A stretch of 64,000 nt of DNA from Puccinia triticina (Eukaryota): positions 620,001 through 684,000 of the forward strand of contig CP110439.1 of NCBI GenBank assembly GCA_026914245.1. Direction: 5' to 3'. The notes below the pieces were generated by a model. The model did not search any database. It was not told the DNA's origin and worked only from the letters and a program-made list of their open reading frames with translations. A program made the position numbers and the translations under genes. Positions 26,197-38,776 of the stretch are shown one piece after another (positions within the stretch are counted from its first letter, which is position 1; each line of letters begins with the position of its first letter).

Positions 26197-29100
26197 TGTA
26201 AGCTCTCGACGAGGAGAGCTTCACTTAAGCGAGGACGAGGGCGAGGAGCGAGGGGGGCGAGGACGAGGGCGAGGGCACGAGCAATTCTAGAACCTCTGTT
26301 CGTATTGCAAATGGGACAAGGGCTAGCTCGGGGGAAGTCTCAGTACTTCCCTCTATATACAACTTTTGAGGAAAAGAAGAAAGAGAAGGAGGAGACGGAA
26401 GTGAAGGGGAAAGGACGGTCACTCACCTAGCTCGGGGGAAGTCTCAGTACTTCCCTGCCGAGCTAGGAGGGGCGGGGCTGGAGGGACTATGTAGGGTGCT
26501 CGGTGTCGGTCTGTGATATCTCTGTGAATCTTCCTGTGAGTTCGCGGCTCACATTCCCCCCACCTATAAAAAATGACTAAGGGGGGCGTCGTCGGAGGGA
26601 GCGTGGGAGTTGGTGTTCCGTCATGACGATATTCGGGCCGGAATGATGGAGTGAGTCGTCTGGTCGTCGATTGAAGCGTTGGTTCACGTCTTGGGCGTCG
26701 CTGCCGGGTCTGTGAGTTGGTCGTGTGGTCTCGGTTGGTGCATGTTATCGTGGGTGTCTGGTTGTGTTGATGTTCCGGAGTGTTGGCGGAAGTGCCAAAG
26801 GTCGTAGGGAACGGGTCGAAGGAAAAGAAAATGGGGAAATTGGAAGGGGTATGGGCGGCGATCAGGGGAGGAAATGATGGTCTGGTGGTTGGAGGGCGGG
26901 GATTTGTCTGGCGATAGCGGTTATTCGGACGTATAGTTGTCGGTCTCGGCGTCTTCACTGTAAGGATGTGGCCTCGTAAGCCACGTCCTTTATGCAACAT
27001 GTGTAGGATCTTTGAGCTTTTAGGGGGGTTGTGAACATACCCCTCAATTGGACCCAAGATTGAATTTGAGATTAGCTCATTGAGTCGCCCGTCGAACGCC
27101 TCGGACGCTTCGAAAGTTTGAATTGCGGCAGCTTCGGTCTCTTCTGTAATCATTTCCTCATCGTCATCGTAACCTTGAGCAACCATGTCGTCCAACTGCT
27201 GAATGGCTGCCGTCGCTGTGGTTGTCATGCTGGAGTACAAGTCGCTTGGCTCGTCTGAGACGCCGGCTACTCCCGCTGGTCGGGAGGTTGCTCAACCGGC
27301 CGTGGTATTAGTGGGACGGGGGTCTGGACCTCTTGCGGAGCTCCACGGTAGTGGGGGAATATAGTTTGGTGGCTTTGGGGGCGTTACGAACGATGGGGGA
27401 AATTCGACCTTCCCTTTGGCTCGGTTGTTTTGGCATGTCCCGTTCGGTGACCCACAGTGCCCTCTGCACCAGTGGCAGCGGCCGATTGAGTCTAGGTACG
27501 AGTGAATGCGCCAGCGTAGCTCGTCTGATATGGTTCCAGCCGCTCTAGTGTCAGGCATGGCGGCGGTATTCGTGCTTGTCGTCAATGGTTGGCCCTTAGT
27601 TCGGCCTGGTAGCGTTCGGACTGGAAGAGCATCAAAGAAGATTCTGACCCGCTTTGCAAAGCGGCCGTAGTCGAATGGTGTAACCTCAAGGATTTCAAAC
27701 TTGAGGATGTCGGCTCGTATCTCGTTGGGTAGCCCACCAGATAGCCATTCGGCGAGACTCAGATCTGAAATCAATAGAGGATCGGAATCGTAATTTATCA
27801 TGCGTTGTAACGTTCGAGCTCGCGTCTCGTATTGTGTGAAGGTCTCGGAGGCTTCTATCTTGAGCGATTGAATCTTTTCCTTAAGGCCCTGGCGCCAACG
27901 TACCGGGAGCGCTGCGTCGAATAAGGTCTCTTTGAATTCGTGCCAGGATTTTTGCAGGAACTTTTTCGCTTCGTTGGAGTAGACCGACAGGAGGTTGGTC
28001 TCTTTGATGAGAGTGCCGGCGATCCTGATCTTGTCATCGGTGGCAGTCACCTTCTTGGTGTTGAAGAAGATCTCCAGGCCCTGGATCCACGCTAGGAACG
28101 GCTCGGTTTCTTGGTAAGGACCTGTGTATGTGGGTCCATCGGATGTGCGGAAACGTCAGAGGTCAATGTGGCCATCCGATGGGGTGGTCGGGCGCGGTGG
28201 GGCTGTCTGGTTGGAAGTCGCGCGGATTAAAGCTTCCTGGAACCGAGCGAGTTGCTCCTCATTTGCCCTTGCTCGTTCCTCTGCAGCTTCTTGGGCCAAC
28301 CGGAAGCGTTCGGCGTCTGCCTTTGCGCGTTCTTCGGCAGCTTCTTGCGCAGCCAGCGCTCTGGCATCAGCGGCTCGTTGCGCGTCGAGATTAGCTTGTT
28401 GGAGTGCCAGCATGGCACTTTGTAGCTGTGCGGCAAAGGAATGGTCCGCCGAGGGAACCGGACCGGAGGTTGCTGTTTGTGAGACGTCAGTCGGTGGCTC
28501 GTTGCCTGTGGTCGGTCGCTCTTTATGGGACATGGCACTTGGACGGGGGCCTGGGAAAGGCGCGTTTGGAGATGTGGTCGGTTTTGGTTGAGGTTGGGGA
28601 GGTGGGGGAAGAGCTGGTGGTGTGGACAGTAGCGGGTTAAAGGGTTTTGTCGGCGGTGGGGGCGGCTTGATCGTCGTCGGCTCGATGGGGGACCACGCTC
28701 GGATGATCGGTCCCACGTTACTCTCAACCGAGAAGAAAGATGTCGTCGGGCTGCTTGGGAATCCGATCGCTTGTGGGAGCGTCAGGGAGGTTGATAAGGA
28801 AGGCGGGCAGGAGTGTACTTCCAGGGGGTTAGGGGTCAGGGCTTGGGTGGCTGTTGTAGCTGGTTGCGAGGTCGAGAGCGTGGTCTGGGGCGGGTTTGGT
28901 GTTGGAGCAGATGGGAGGTCGATGGGCAGAGTCGCTTGGCGTTGTTTTTCTGCGACTGCGGCTGCTCTCTTGGCTTTGTTGGCGGCTCGTATAATTGCCT
29001 CGGTATCCGTCAGGGGAAGCAGTTGATTCGAAGAGGTCGTGCGTCTTGTGGACATGAAGTCCCGGCGAGGCGGCGTGGTTGAGGTTCGAGAAAAAAAAAG

Positions 29101-29457
29101 TGTAAGCTCTCGACGAGGAGAGCTTCACTTAAGCGAGGACGAGGGCGAGGAGCGAGGGGGGCGAGGACGAGGGCGAGGGCACGAGCAATTCTAGAACCTC
29201 TGTTCGTATTGCAAATGGGACAAGGGCTAGCTCGGGGGAAGTCTCAGTACTTCCCTCTATATACAACTTTTGAGGAAAAGAAGAAAGAGAAGGAGGAGAC
29301 GGAAGTGAAGGGGAAAGGACGGTCACTCACCTAGCTCGGGGGAAGTCTCAGTACTTCCCTGCCGAGCTAGGAGGGGCGGGGCTGGAGGGACTATGTAGGG
29401 TGCTCGGTGTCGGTCTGTGATATCTCTGTGAATCTTCCTGTGAGTTCGCGGCTCACA
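26197..29457 (-). mobile_element. Non-autonomous Ty3/Gypsy-derived LTR element (gag only, pol deleted)
   Basis: 357-bp LTRs 26197-26553 and 29101-29457 that look identical, TG..CA, 5-bp TSD AATAC, PPT next to 26554; gag frame from 29055 with TGA at 28156 and 27292 and a CHWCRGHC knuckle. Confidence 0.92.
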
Positions 29458-30398
29458 AATACTTATCACACAAATTCACTTCTTATCTCACTACTTCCGG
29501 TATCAAGCATGATCCAGGTCCCCCGCATTCTCCTCAACTAAACGGCGTAGCTGAACAGACAAACCGCACCATCCACAACTTTGTGTGATCCTCGCTACTA
29601 ACCGCCCACCTCCCCAAATCCTTCTGGGTGGATGCCCTCCGCCACTCCATTTTTGCTTACAATTCCTTTCCCTGCCACACCCCGGCAGGATTCAAAACTC
29701 CCAACTCCATCCTCAATATTCCTCCTGTAAACTTATCCATAATTTGCCCGTTTGGGTGTCTCACCTGGTACAAAGTCCCAGAACCTGACCGCAACAAACT
29801 CAACCCTAAAGCTTGTTCCTCCATTCTTCTCTCATACCTCACGGACGGGAAAGGATACTGCTTGTGGGACTTGGACAAGCGATTGGTTATCAAATCAAGC
29901 AAAGTCGTCTTTGCCAAACAAGTCTTCCCGTATGGCTCTAAACTGTCCTCTTCTCCAAAAGAGGTGTCTGTCAAAGTCTTGTGGCCAATCATGGCACATC
30001 CCCCTCCCATTCCCTCCTTTCCCCCTTCCTCTCCTTCCACTCCAATCAAAGAGGATGAAACCAAGTCCCCATCACTGCCCCCCTTGTTGGTGGATGAACT
30101 TTCTTTTATCTCTCTCCCTGATATTCCCCCCCTTCCCAATTCCCCTCCTCTACCTACCAGTCCTCCACGGCGTACATCATCTCGTCAGTGTAAGCCTCCA
30201 GATTGTCTTGGACAATGGACTAAATCCGTCAACGTTGAGGCTGATCTCAACACTCCTAAAACTTGACAACAGGTCCTGAAATCACCCAACAAAGCGTGCT
30301 GGTTAAAAGCAGCCAAAGATGAATTTGCCTCGCTCCTTGGTATGCACACGTGGAGGTTGGTCCCTCATCCTGCAAAACAGAAAATAATTAAGTATAAA

Positions 30399-31480
30399 CA
30401 CCAGGGGAGATATGTTCCCACTCCCCAGGGAGTGCCAGAGCTGAATTTGATGTGAGCCTGATGTGCATCAGTAACTCATTCCTAAATGAATTGAAGTGGA
30501 TGCAGAAGTGATTCAAAAGTCAGTCAGAATTGATTTGGGAGTCAACACAATGTTGTGTAGAATTATTTTGTTTTCTAGGTACAACTAGAGGAAAAAAATA
30601 CAATGAAATGATATTTCACCCAAGTCCAACTCATCAATTGCTCCTGTTTGATGATGTCGAAGGATAGGAAAGCAAAATTTCCATTCTTGAATGTAATTCC
30701 TGTAAAAAAAATGAGTTTCTTGTAATTCACATTATATGCCCTCATGTACAAAATTAAATTAAAAGTCAACTTGGTATTATAGGGTTGAGAATTTTGGAAT
30801 GTGGTAATGTTGCAGTAAAATTAGTGAAACCCATTTTCTTGGAAATGCTGTAATTAATTTGAATTTGGCTAAACAAATGGTGATAAACTATTGTATTGGG
30901 GTGAAAGTCTGAGGTAAGTCAAGGTTGGATTGCAGTGCCACCCCAGTTTGGCCACATATCCTGGCCTCTTCACAAAAATGATTGTGTGATTTTTTTGTTT
31001 TTTTTGTTTTTCAAAATCCACATGTGCACATGCAAGTGAACTTTTTTGCACTTTGCTAATATTCACCCTAATGTACGCGCGTACATTGAGGTGGAAATAT
31101 CACAGGATGGGCCTTTCACAGCCACATGAAAAGTAAAAACTTCATGTTGAGACACCAATTGTCCCCCTGATGTACGCAAGTACATGAGGGGGACAATATG
31201 ACATACTGCGCCTTTCACATCCCCATGAGAAGGACACACTGGTCATGGAGCCAATAAAGGCCTATATTTTGGATGAGTTCTGGATGAATTCCAGATGAGT
31301 TCTGGATTATGCCTTGGCAAGTTATGGTTTATTTCAGGATGATTTCCAACTGATTTCAAGCTGACTTCCAGTCTTGTTCATACCTATTCAATATTTCTTT
31401 ACCAAAGGCCTCCAGCACAGTTATGGAAAAAAGTTATGGTAAGGCACTCCCTGGGGAGTGGGAACATATCTCCCCTGGTG
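30399..31480. mobile_element. Non-autonomous CMC/EnSpm (CACTA-like) DNA transposon
   Basis: Perfect 38-bp TIR CACCAGGGGAGATATGTTCCCACTCCCCAGGGAGTGCC, 3-bp TSD AAA, inserted in Copia RT (KIIKY|KWVFK). Confidence 0.85.
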
Positions 31481-33048
31481 AAATGGGTGTTTAAAATTAA
31501 ACAACACCCTGACCACACTATTCAAAAACTCAAAGCTTGTTGTCTAGTCGCCATGGGGTACTCCCAAATCCAAGGACTCAATTACAATTAATTTTTTTCT
31601 CCAACTCTCTGACTTGAAACACTACGGCTTATTCTCAGTCTACTAGGCAGCCGCAGTTGGAAGGGCCAATAAGTTGACTTCAAAACTGCCTTCTTAAATG
31701 GACACCTCAACAACCCCCTGTTCATGGAACAACCACCCGGATTTGAGGATTCCCAGCATCCTGATTGGGTGTATGAGGTCAACCAATCACTATACAGCCC
31801 CAAACAGTCGCCCCGTCAATGGAACATTGAGCTGCACAAGGCACTTCTTGATCTTGGACTCACCAATTCCGCCTACAATCCAACACTCTACTTCAAAATT
31901 CAAGCGGGACAACTGGTTGGTGCTCTCACTACCCACGTCAATGATCTGGCCATTGTGGGGTAACCTTCCTTTGTTGATACTCTTATCTCAGCTGTTGGGA
32001 GGCGGTTTGTCATTGGGAAAGATGAAGAACTAAACCATTTCTTGTCTATCAAAATCACCCGTAACAAACCAAACCATCACGTGTTTCTCAACCAATCACA
32101 TTACAATGAAGAAATCTGTGATTGTTTCCTTGACAGTAACTCCCATGCCGTTTCCACTCCCACAGATTCCCACTTCAAAAACCTAACCCACCAAGCTTCC
32201 TCCGATCCGTTGTCACCCGGCCCATATCCGCAAATCATTGGTTCACTGTTGTGGATATCCCAATGTACCCTCCCAGACATTTCTTTTGCGGTCAACCAAT
32301 TTTCTCAATACCTCCGCCATCCCTCCCTATCACATTGTTATGCAGCCGTGTGCATTCTCAACTACCTAGTAACAACTAAAAATCTGAAACTTTGCCTAGG
32401 CGGATCTCTTGACTGCTCTGGTTACTCTGATTCTGACTGGGCTGAAGACCACAATGATTGCTGGTCAACTTTGTCCTATACATATTGCATTGGTGATGGG
32501 TCAATATCGTGGAAGTCCAGAAAGCAAGCAACCGTCTCTCTCTCCAGCACCAAAGCTGAATATAAAGCCCTGTCCAACTCGTGAAAAGAAGGACTTTGGC
32601 TCCAACATGTTCTCACTGAACTCCATATTCGCCCTAGCAAGCCAATCCCAATTCACATTTACAATGAAGGAGCTGAAGCATTGGCAAGAAAACCCAAACA
32701 TCATGCCCAAACAAAACACATTCATGCGCGATATCACTTCATTTGTGAATGTGTCAAAGAAAAATCAATCTCCCTTCTCCATGTCTTGATGACCAACATG
32801 CTTGCCAATATGCTTACAAAGCCATTGATGCATGTTCTCCTGGAAAAACATCAACACATGTTTGGTGTCATCCCCTAATCCTCCGATCTCTTCAACCTCC
32901 TGGTCCTATTTCTGATTCACCTCATTTTTTCTCCTGTTACTTTTTCTTCTCAAGATTCTATAGCCAGTTGGCTACTATGTTTTCTCTCTGACCATACCAG
33001 CAGGTATGTAGCAAGGGGGGGTATTGAGCTAGACCTCTTGCCCTCTCT

Positions 33049-33510
33049 CAACAGTGGGTCAGCTACGCTAACATAGCTGTTAGCGTAGCGTAGCGCAGCG
33101 CAAATGCGCTATTTTTTAGCGTAGCGTTAGCGCAATTGCGCGCATCTGCGCTAACGCTACGCGCAAAGGATGCAAAGCTATTTTAGCTTTTAGCGTAGCG
33201 TTAGCGCAGATGCGCGCAATTGCGCTAACGCCAAGCACGCAAGGCGCAAAAGAGCGCGCGCTATGCTGCGCTAAAGCGTTTTTCGCGGCAAAAAAGTGCC
33301 TTTTTTCCGCTAAAAGTGCCTTAGCGCAACATAGCGTAGCGTAGCGGCTGTAGCGCAGCGCTAACGCTAAACAAAAATTGGTATGCTGTTAGCGAAGCGT
33401 AGCGGCGCTAACAGCGCGCTAACGCTATTCAAAAAAAGGTTGGCGCTTTTTGCCGCTACGCTAAACATTAGGGCTAAAATAGCGTAGTTTAGCGTAGCGG
33501 CCCACTGTTG
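33049..33510. mobile_element. MITE with TAGCG/CGCTA subrepeats and 7-bp TSD
   Basis: TIR CAACAGTGGG...CCCACTGTTG, TSD CCTCTCT; sits in the Copia 3' LTR. Confidence 0.85.
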
Positions 33511-33962
33511 CCTCTCTGCAGATGCTACATACCTGTTGCACAAGTGTCACACATAGTGGACTATACCTGAGGAACTGCTGGTGACAGAATGGATTCCTCA
33601 TCCATTCTGCTCACTCTCTACTCGTCCCTCAGGTATATTCCCGTCTCTTTTCCTTTCTCATTCTCTCTGATCTTCTCTCTCATGTATTCCATTGACTAAT
33701 GCAATTCATGATCCATTCTGCTCACTCTCCACTCGTCCCTCAGACCCCTTGTCTTGCTCATCACTAGCCCCCGTCAGTCAGTCTCTTGCCACCGCCACCG
33801 CCCCAGTTCCACCCGCTTTGGCTGCCTTGAATCACCTGCTGACGTGCCACTGCTACCAGTCCACAAGTGTAGTCCGCTGCAGTCCAGCCCTGTCTTTCCG
33901 CTCCAGTCCAACTATCCAATCCAAAATCCGCAATCCGGGATCAGTGCATTCCATCCGTGTGC

Positions 33963-34926
33963 TGTAAGACTCAAAAGTGGTTGTGAAACCCTTTTGCTGA
34001 ATGGAGAAGGGGATGATGGAGGTGCAAACTCTGCCCTTCTATACTATCAGATAACAAGACCCACCAAGCTAAGCTTGGCAAGTTTTAATCAAGTGATAGG
34101 TCTGGTCTAGTTTGAGATGAAGTTGTTTTACGGCAGGTATGTGAGAGTTGAGAGTGAGTTCAGTAGTTATTTGCAAATATGAAGGTTGTGGTGAGGTATA
34201 GATGTGATGGTAAGTATAAAGGTGGTATGTGAATAACTGGGGAGTACTGAGCTGAGGGAAAAACGACTGGGGGGGAGAGAGCTCCTTATATAGACAAATG
34301 TGAGGGATTTTAGCTACAATAGGGACCCTGGATGAGGGGCTTTAGCTGGTGGGCTGCGTACAAGGGGTGTCAGAAGATACTAAATACAGTCAAAAAGTGG
34401 GGTGAGAAATTAAAGATGAGGTCATACTATGCAAGGAGTGCATAAACAAAGCTGGGAAATGTCAAATAAAGGGGTACCTCATGCAAGGGGTGCATGAGTG
34501 GTGTCAGACTAATTCAAGGAGTGCAGAAATGGGGTCAGAAGACTGCATGCAGCTGCAAGGGGTGCATAAATGAAGCGGGGACATGTCAAATACAGAAGAA
34601 ATGGGGTTGGTCCCCTGAATATGCAGTGGAGATAAGAGGGGTAGAAAAGAGTATGTGTTTGGCTGGGGCTGAGTATGTGTATACCTGGGAAAGGTGACTT
34701 GAGGGGTGTGACAGGTTGATGACTGGGGCTGGCCGTGTCCATGAGGCTCCAAGAGGGTGTAACTTCCAATCCAGCAGGGCTCCAGTGACGCTTCCAGTGA
34801 TGAATAGAGGTAAAATTTGCTGTAGAATCCATTTCTGAGGTCCATTTGGTGGTATCTTGAGGCCTAGGGTGAGTAAATATATGTATGAGAAAAAACTTTT
34901 GATTTTTCACTTTTCCGTCTACCACA
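33963..34926. mobile_element. Solo LTR, family A
   Basis: TGTAAGACTCAAAAGTGG...GTCTACCACA, 4-bp TSD GTGC. Confidence 0.88.
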
Positions 34927-35507
34927 GTGCGAATTTCTGTAAGCTTTCTTAGCATGCTTTCTGACATCATCCTCAGTGCTTATGTCACCGTAATTCACTC
35001 TGCGCTCAGCCTCTCTGTGCACTCTTTCCCAAGCTATCTCCAAGTGGACATTCTACCACGCCTGCCTACATAAATCACCACACTGGTAGGTCCAATGAGT
35101 CCTTGGACTGGCCTTCCCAAGCAGTTCTCGCACATGGTTGTCCAAAAATCTGTTGAACAAGCTTCACCAGTCACCAAGGTCCAACCCTTAACGCACCTTT
35201 GATGAACAGTGCAATATCAGTCATCACAGTGGGACCTCAATGACCACTACAATATCATTCATTGAGGTGTGTACCTATGTCTGGTATCTTATTGGACATC
35301 AACGGCTTGTACCTTGATTACTGGTAATGTATCATACTGGTCATTGAGAAAATTTGATTAACGGTACCATCCAGTCATCAAGGTGTGTAGGTGTGTAAAT
35401 ACATACTTTGATTATTGGTTCTGTCTGTATAGGCCAGGCACCGCTGAGTTGGATGGCCTGGACCATAGGGGGTCTATTTCCAAGGTTTGCACCACTGCAA
35501 GGTCCAA

Positions 35508-36226
35508 TGGGATGCACTTCGCCAGCCTGGGCGGGTACCCGCAAATACCTGCCCCTTGAAACTCATCTCGGTGACCACAAGGCACTCCTTTTGGTTGAAG
35601 AGGGATGACCTTGGCGACCAGAAGGAAGCCGTTCTGGTTGCAATAAGACCTCTGCGACCAGGAGGTTTCCTTCTGGTCGCCGAGGTAACTTCAGCAATGA
35701 GGAGGTTGTCTTCTGGTCACCAAGGTAGCTTCAGCAACCAGGAGGTTAGCTTCTGGTACCTCAGCGACCAAGAGGTTGCCTTCTGGTTGTCAAGGTAGCC
35801 TCTGCAACCAGGAGGTTACCTGCTGGTTGCGCGCTGAGGTTATTTAACCTCTGAGACCAGGACCATTTCCTCTTGGTCGCCGAGGTTTTACAACCTTTGT
35901 GACCAAGATAGTATCCTCCTGGTCGCCGAGGTTTTGTAACCTCTGTGACCGGGAGGATTTTTTCCTTCTGGTCGCCAAGATACAGCCCCAGTGACCGGAA
36001 GGAATCCCTCCTGGCCGATGAGGTTGTGTGTCCTTGGCGACCAGGTGGGTTTTTCTGGCTGCCAAGGCTGTAAGACCTTGGCAACCAGAAGGGATCAGGC
36101 CTTCCGGTTGAAGCGGTGGGCGGGTGTGGGTTGAATTATCCGGGTACCCGCCCACTTTTTCCCGGAATCTCAGACATCTACACCTGCTGGCGGGCACCCG
36201 CAACGGGTTTGCCGGGGCCATCTCTA
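35508..36226. repeat. Degenerate array of CTGGTCGCCGAGG/CCTCTGCGACCAG units, likely a non-autonomous DNA transposon remnant
   Basis: Many diverged copies in both orientations at ~35570-36090; right end CATCTCTA resembles a hAT-type terminus; no TSD found. Confidence 0.55.
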
Positions 36227-36486
36227 GAATCAGGCCTTTGAGTTCCAGAATCTGTGGTATGTAGTATATTCCTGATCTCCAATAACGGAGGAGTTCCAGG
36301 CCTGGTTAAAGGTCTCAGTCAGCTTGCTGGTTGGTAACACCATGCTTCCTTCCAGTTCAGCTGTTAATTGACGTACCATGGAGGCATTTTGGGAATCCCT
36401 CACAGACACAACAGATACATTATTCACTCCCATTGTTGGTTGTGATCAAGTGGGGATACCCGTGCTTTTGGGTGACCATCTAAATA

Positions 36487-36940
36487 CAGCCATACCAAAA
36501 AAGCTTGGCTTCTTTGGAGAAATTTCCACTGGAAATTTCTTCTGGATTTGCCAACCTGTGTGTATCCAACAACAAGTTGGACAGTTGGATATGCATCCCT
36601 GCAGGCGCTGTTTCTTACAGGATGCTAACAGCCAAGCTGTTTGGTAGAGAAAAAAAAATGCTGGCTGCTTGGGGGAGCAGGACCATGACACCTGGGTACA
36701 TTCATCTGAATGGGAGTCTGGGCTGAAAATTGGTCAAGGATTCTGATTCTGGAATCAAAGTCAGGGAAAAAAAACAAGAATTCTTTGATTGAGCTTACCT
36801 GATTCTGATACAGACATCCTGCATATATCAACAAGGCAGGCATGAATATCTAAATTTCCAACCTTGTCACTTTATTACATACAAGGTTAGAAAATCCCAT
36901 AGGAATTTCTCAAAGCATCCAAGCTTTTTTGGTATGGCTG
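36487..36940. mobile_element. Tc1/mariner-type MITE
   Basis: TIR CAGCCATACCAAAAAAGCTTGG, TA on both sides. Confidence 0.75.
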
Positions 36941-38725
36941 TATATAATTTTAGGCTGGGGATGAGAGGATGGACATTGGAGTGCCAGGAAACTGCAGCAC
37001 TTGGCATCATGTTACATGGGGTGGTAAGGGGAAATTGGTGTTGGAGGGGCACAAAGGTTTAGCATGCACTGATCATCCGGTCAGACCGCGGTATATTACA
37101 TATAAAATTATTTGGATGTTGATTGAAGCAGGACCCCGGCAAGCCATGTAGGAGTGTTGAAAAAACCTGTGGTTTGCTCAAAATTCATACCCTTGCTGGG
37201 CGCCAATAATATCCTCTTCAAGAGTAGGTTTAGGTTTCAAGTCAAAAATTTATACATTTTACAACAGTAACATTGCCACTGAGGGGGGAGGGGGGTGGGG
37301 GGTGGGGGGTGCAAACCAGTGTATGATTGGCCAAGCCAATGCACTGCAACAATTAAACACTCAGACCAGCATGTCCAAGCAGTTTTAAGACATGGCCATC
37401 CAACAACAGGTTGGAGTTGCCTGTCTGAGCAGATAGACCCGCCTGGTGACTGCTTGGACAAGCCTGTTTAACATCTTGTTGGATGGGCATGTGCAAGAAC
37501 CTCTTGGACAGGCCAGTTGGAGGACTTTTTGTTGAGATATTGGTTTCAGTTGTGTTTTCTCTTCTCTTTCTATGCTTTACACATTTCACCCAGGTTTCAC
37601 AGATCATTTCACATGTATGTAGTATACCTGAGCTCAGCAGGCGTGGAAGGATTTCTCCCTCATCCTTCCACCACCATTGCCCACTCGACCCGCCTCGTGC
37701 CCGCTGGTCTCAGGTATAGTAGCTCTCTCTTTCTTTCTTGTTGTCCTTCTTTGTTCTTCTGCTTCTCTAGTCTGATGTGAAATGATTATCATCCTTCCAC
37801 CACCATTGCCCACTCGACCCGCCTCGTGCCCGCTGGTCTCAGCCTTTGTTTAGCTTATCAGGTTATGAGCCCGCGCTAGGCTCCAGCTAAGAACAACGAC
37901 GCACGTTAAATATTGTACCGTTGAGTGGCGATGTGGTGGCCATATGGGTACAGGGCCTCAAGATCAAGGCACACGGACCACACATCAAGATCAGCAAGAC
38001 CCCACCAACAGCTTCCATACCTCCAAGGATTCCTTCCCTCCCTCTTTTCTTTCTTTCTCTTCTATTATTCCCCCTTCTCTTCCTCACCTGTGTTGGTTTT
38101 CTTTATTACTTTGGTTGTTTTCTTTTTCTTGTTGTCTTAGACATTTTGTCCTAGGTATCAGTGGAGTGGGTTGGTTTTTGTTTTGAGTTTTGCTTGTTTT
38201 TTTTTTTTTTTTCTCTTCTTTTGTTTCTCATCCTCTCATCCTAGTTGTACGGGCGCGGCAGGCACGAGGGCTTGTTGCGCGGCATGTCGCGGGCCTGAAT
38301 CCAAGTTCAGCCAAACTTGGAGGAAGGATCCGCATGGTATCCACCTCCAAACAACGAGGAATATCATCAAGTTTTGAGTTTTTGAGTCTATTGATCCGGA
38401 TCGTGTTGATCCACTCCCGCAGCTTTCTGAGTTTGAGTACAGGAGTCTTTCTGAGTTCCCCCCCCCCCCTTCATAAGATCACTTCCCAATATTCCGACGA
38501 CCGCGCCGGCTCCCTCTGAATTCCTTATTTACTGAGCTTTTCCATCCAACCAAACCGCCGAGGGTATTCCATCCCATCGTTCTTTCTCAACAAATCCCCC
38601 CCCTCAACCGCTAACACATCTTTTGACCCGTACCGATACTTTTCGCAGGACCACCGACAAGGGCAGCACTCAGCACCATCCCCTCAACCGACTGCCACGG
38701 CTCAGACCCAACAGGAGTCCATATT

Positions 38726-38776
38726 TGGTCCCCCGAGCCGGGATCAAACCAGCGACCTCAAGATTTACAGTCTCGC
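38726..38776 (-). other. 3' two-thirds of a mature tRNA-Tyr(GTA) with CCA, forming an extended PBS
   Basis: Minus strand reads CGAGA-CTGTAAA-TCTTG-AGGTC-GCTGG-TTTGATC-CCGGC-TCGGGGG-A-CCA: anticodon arm, variable loop, T arm, acceptor strand, CCA. Confidence 0.8.

Larger units (their letters stand above)
26130..33763 (+). mobile_element. Degenerate 5'-truncated Copia (integrase, RT, RNase H, PPT, 3' LTR from ~33022), interrupted by three insertions
   Basis: Colinear similarity to the 44.5-47.4 kb Copia (PFGCLTWYKVPE, KQSPRQWN, SWKSRKQATVSLSST); many stops; PPT AGCAAGGGGGGG. Confidence 0.85.

Noticed and set aside
11209..28158. Programmed TGA read-through, selenocysteine or an alternative genetic code explaining the in-frame TGAs
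   Set aside because: Stops occur only in repeats or pseudogenes at Arg-compatible CpG sites alongside frameshifts; host genes RPL6 and CYT2 end normally at TGA
35570..36090. CRISPR-like array (also 50270-50670)
   Set aside because: Eukaryotic context, degenerate units in both orientations, no unique spacers or cas genes
38726..38776. Functional tRNA-Tyr gene
   Set aside because: D arm and 5' acceptor strand absent, CCA encoded, located at the PBS position
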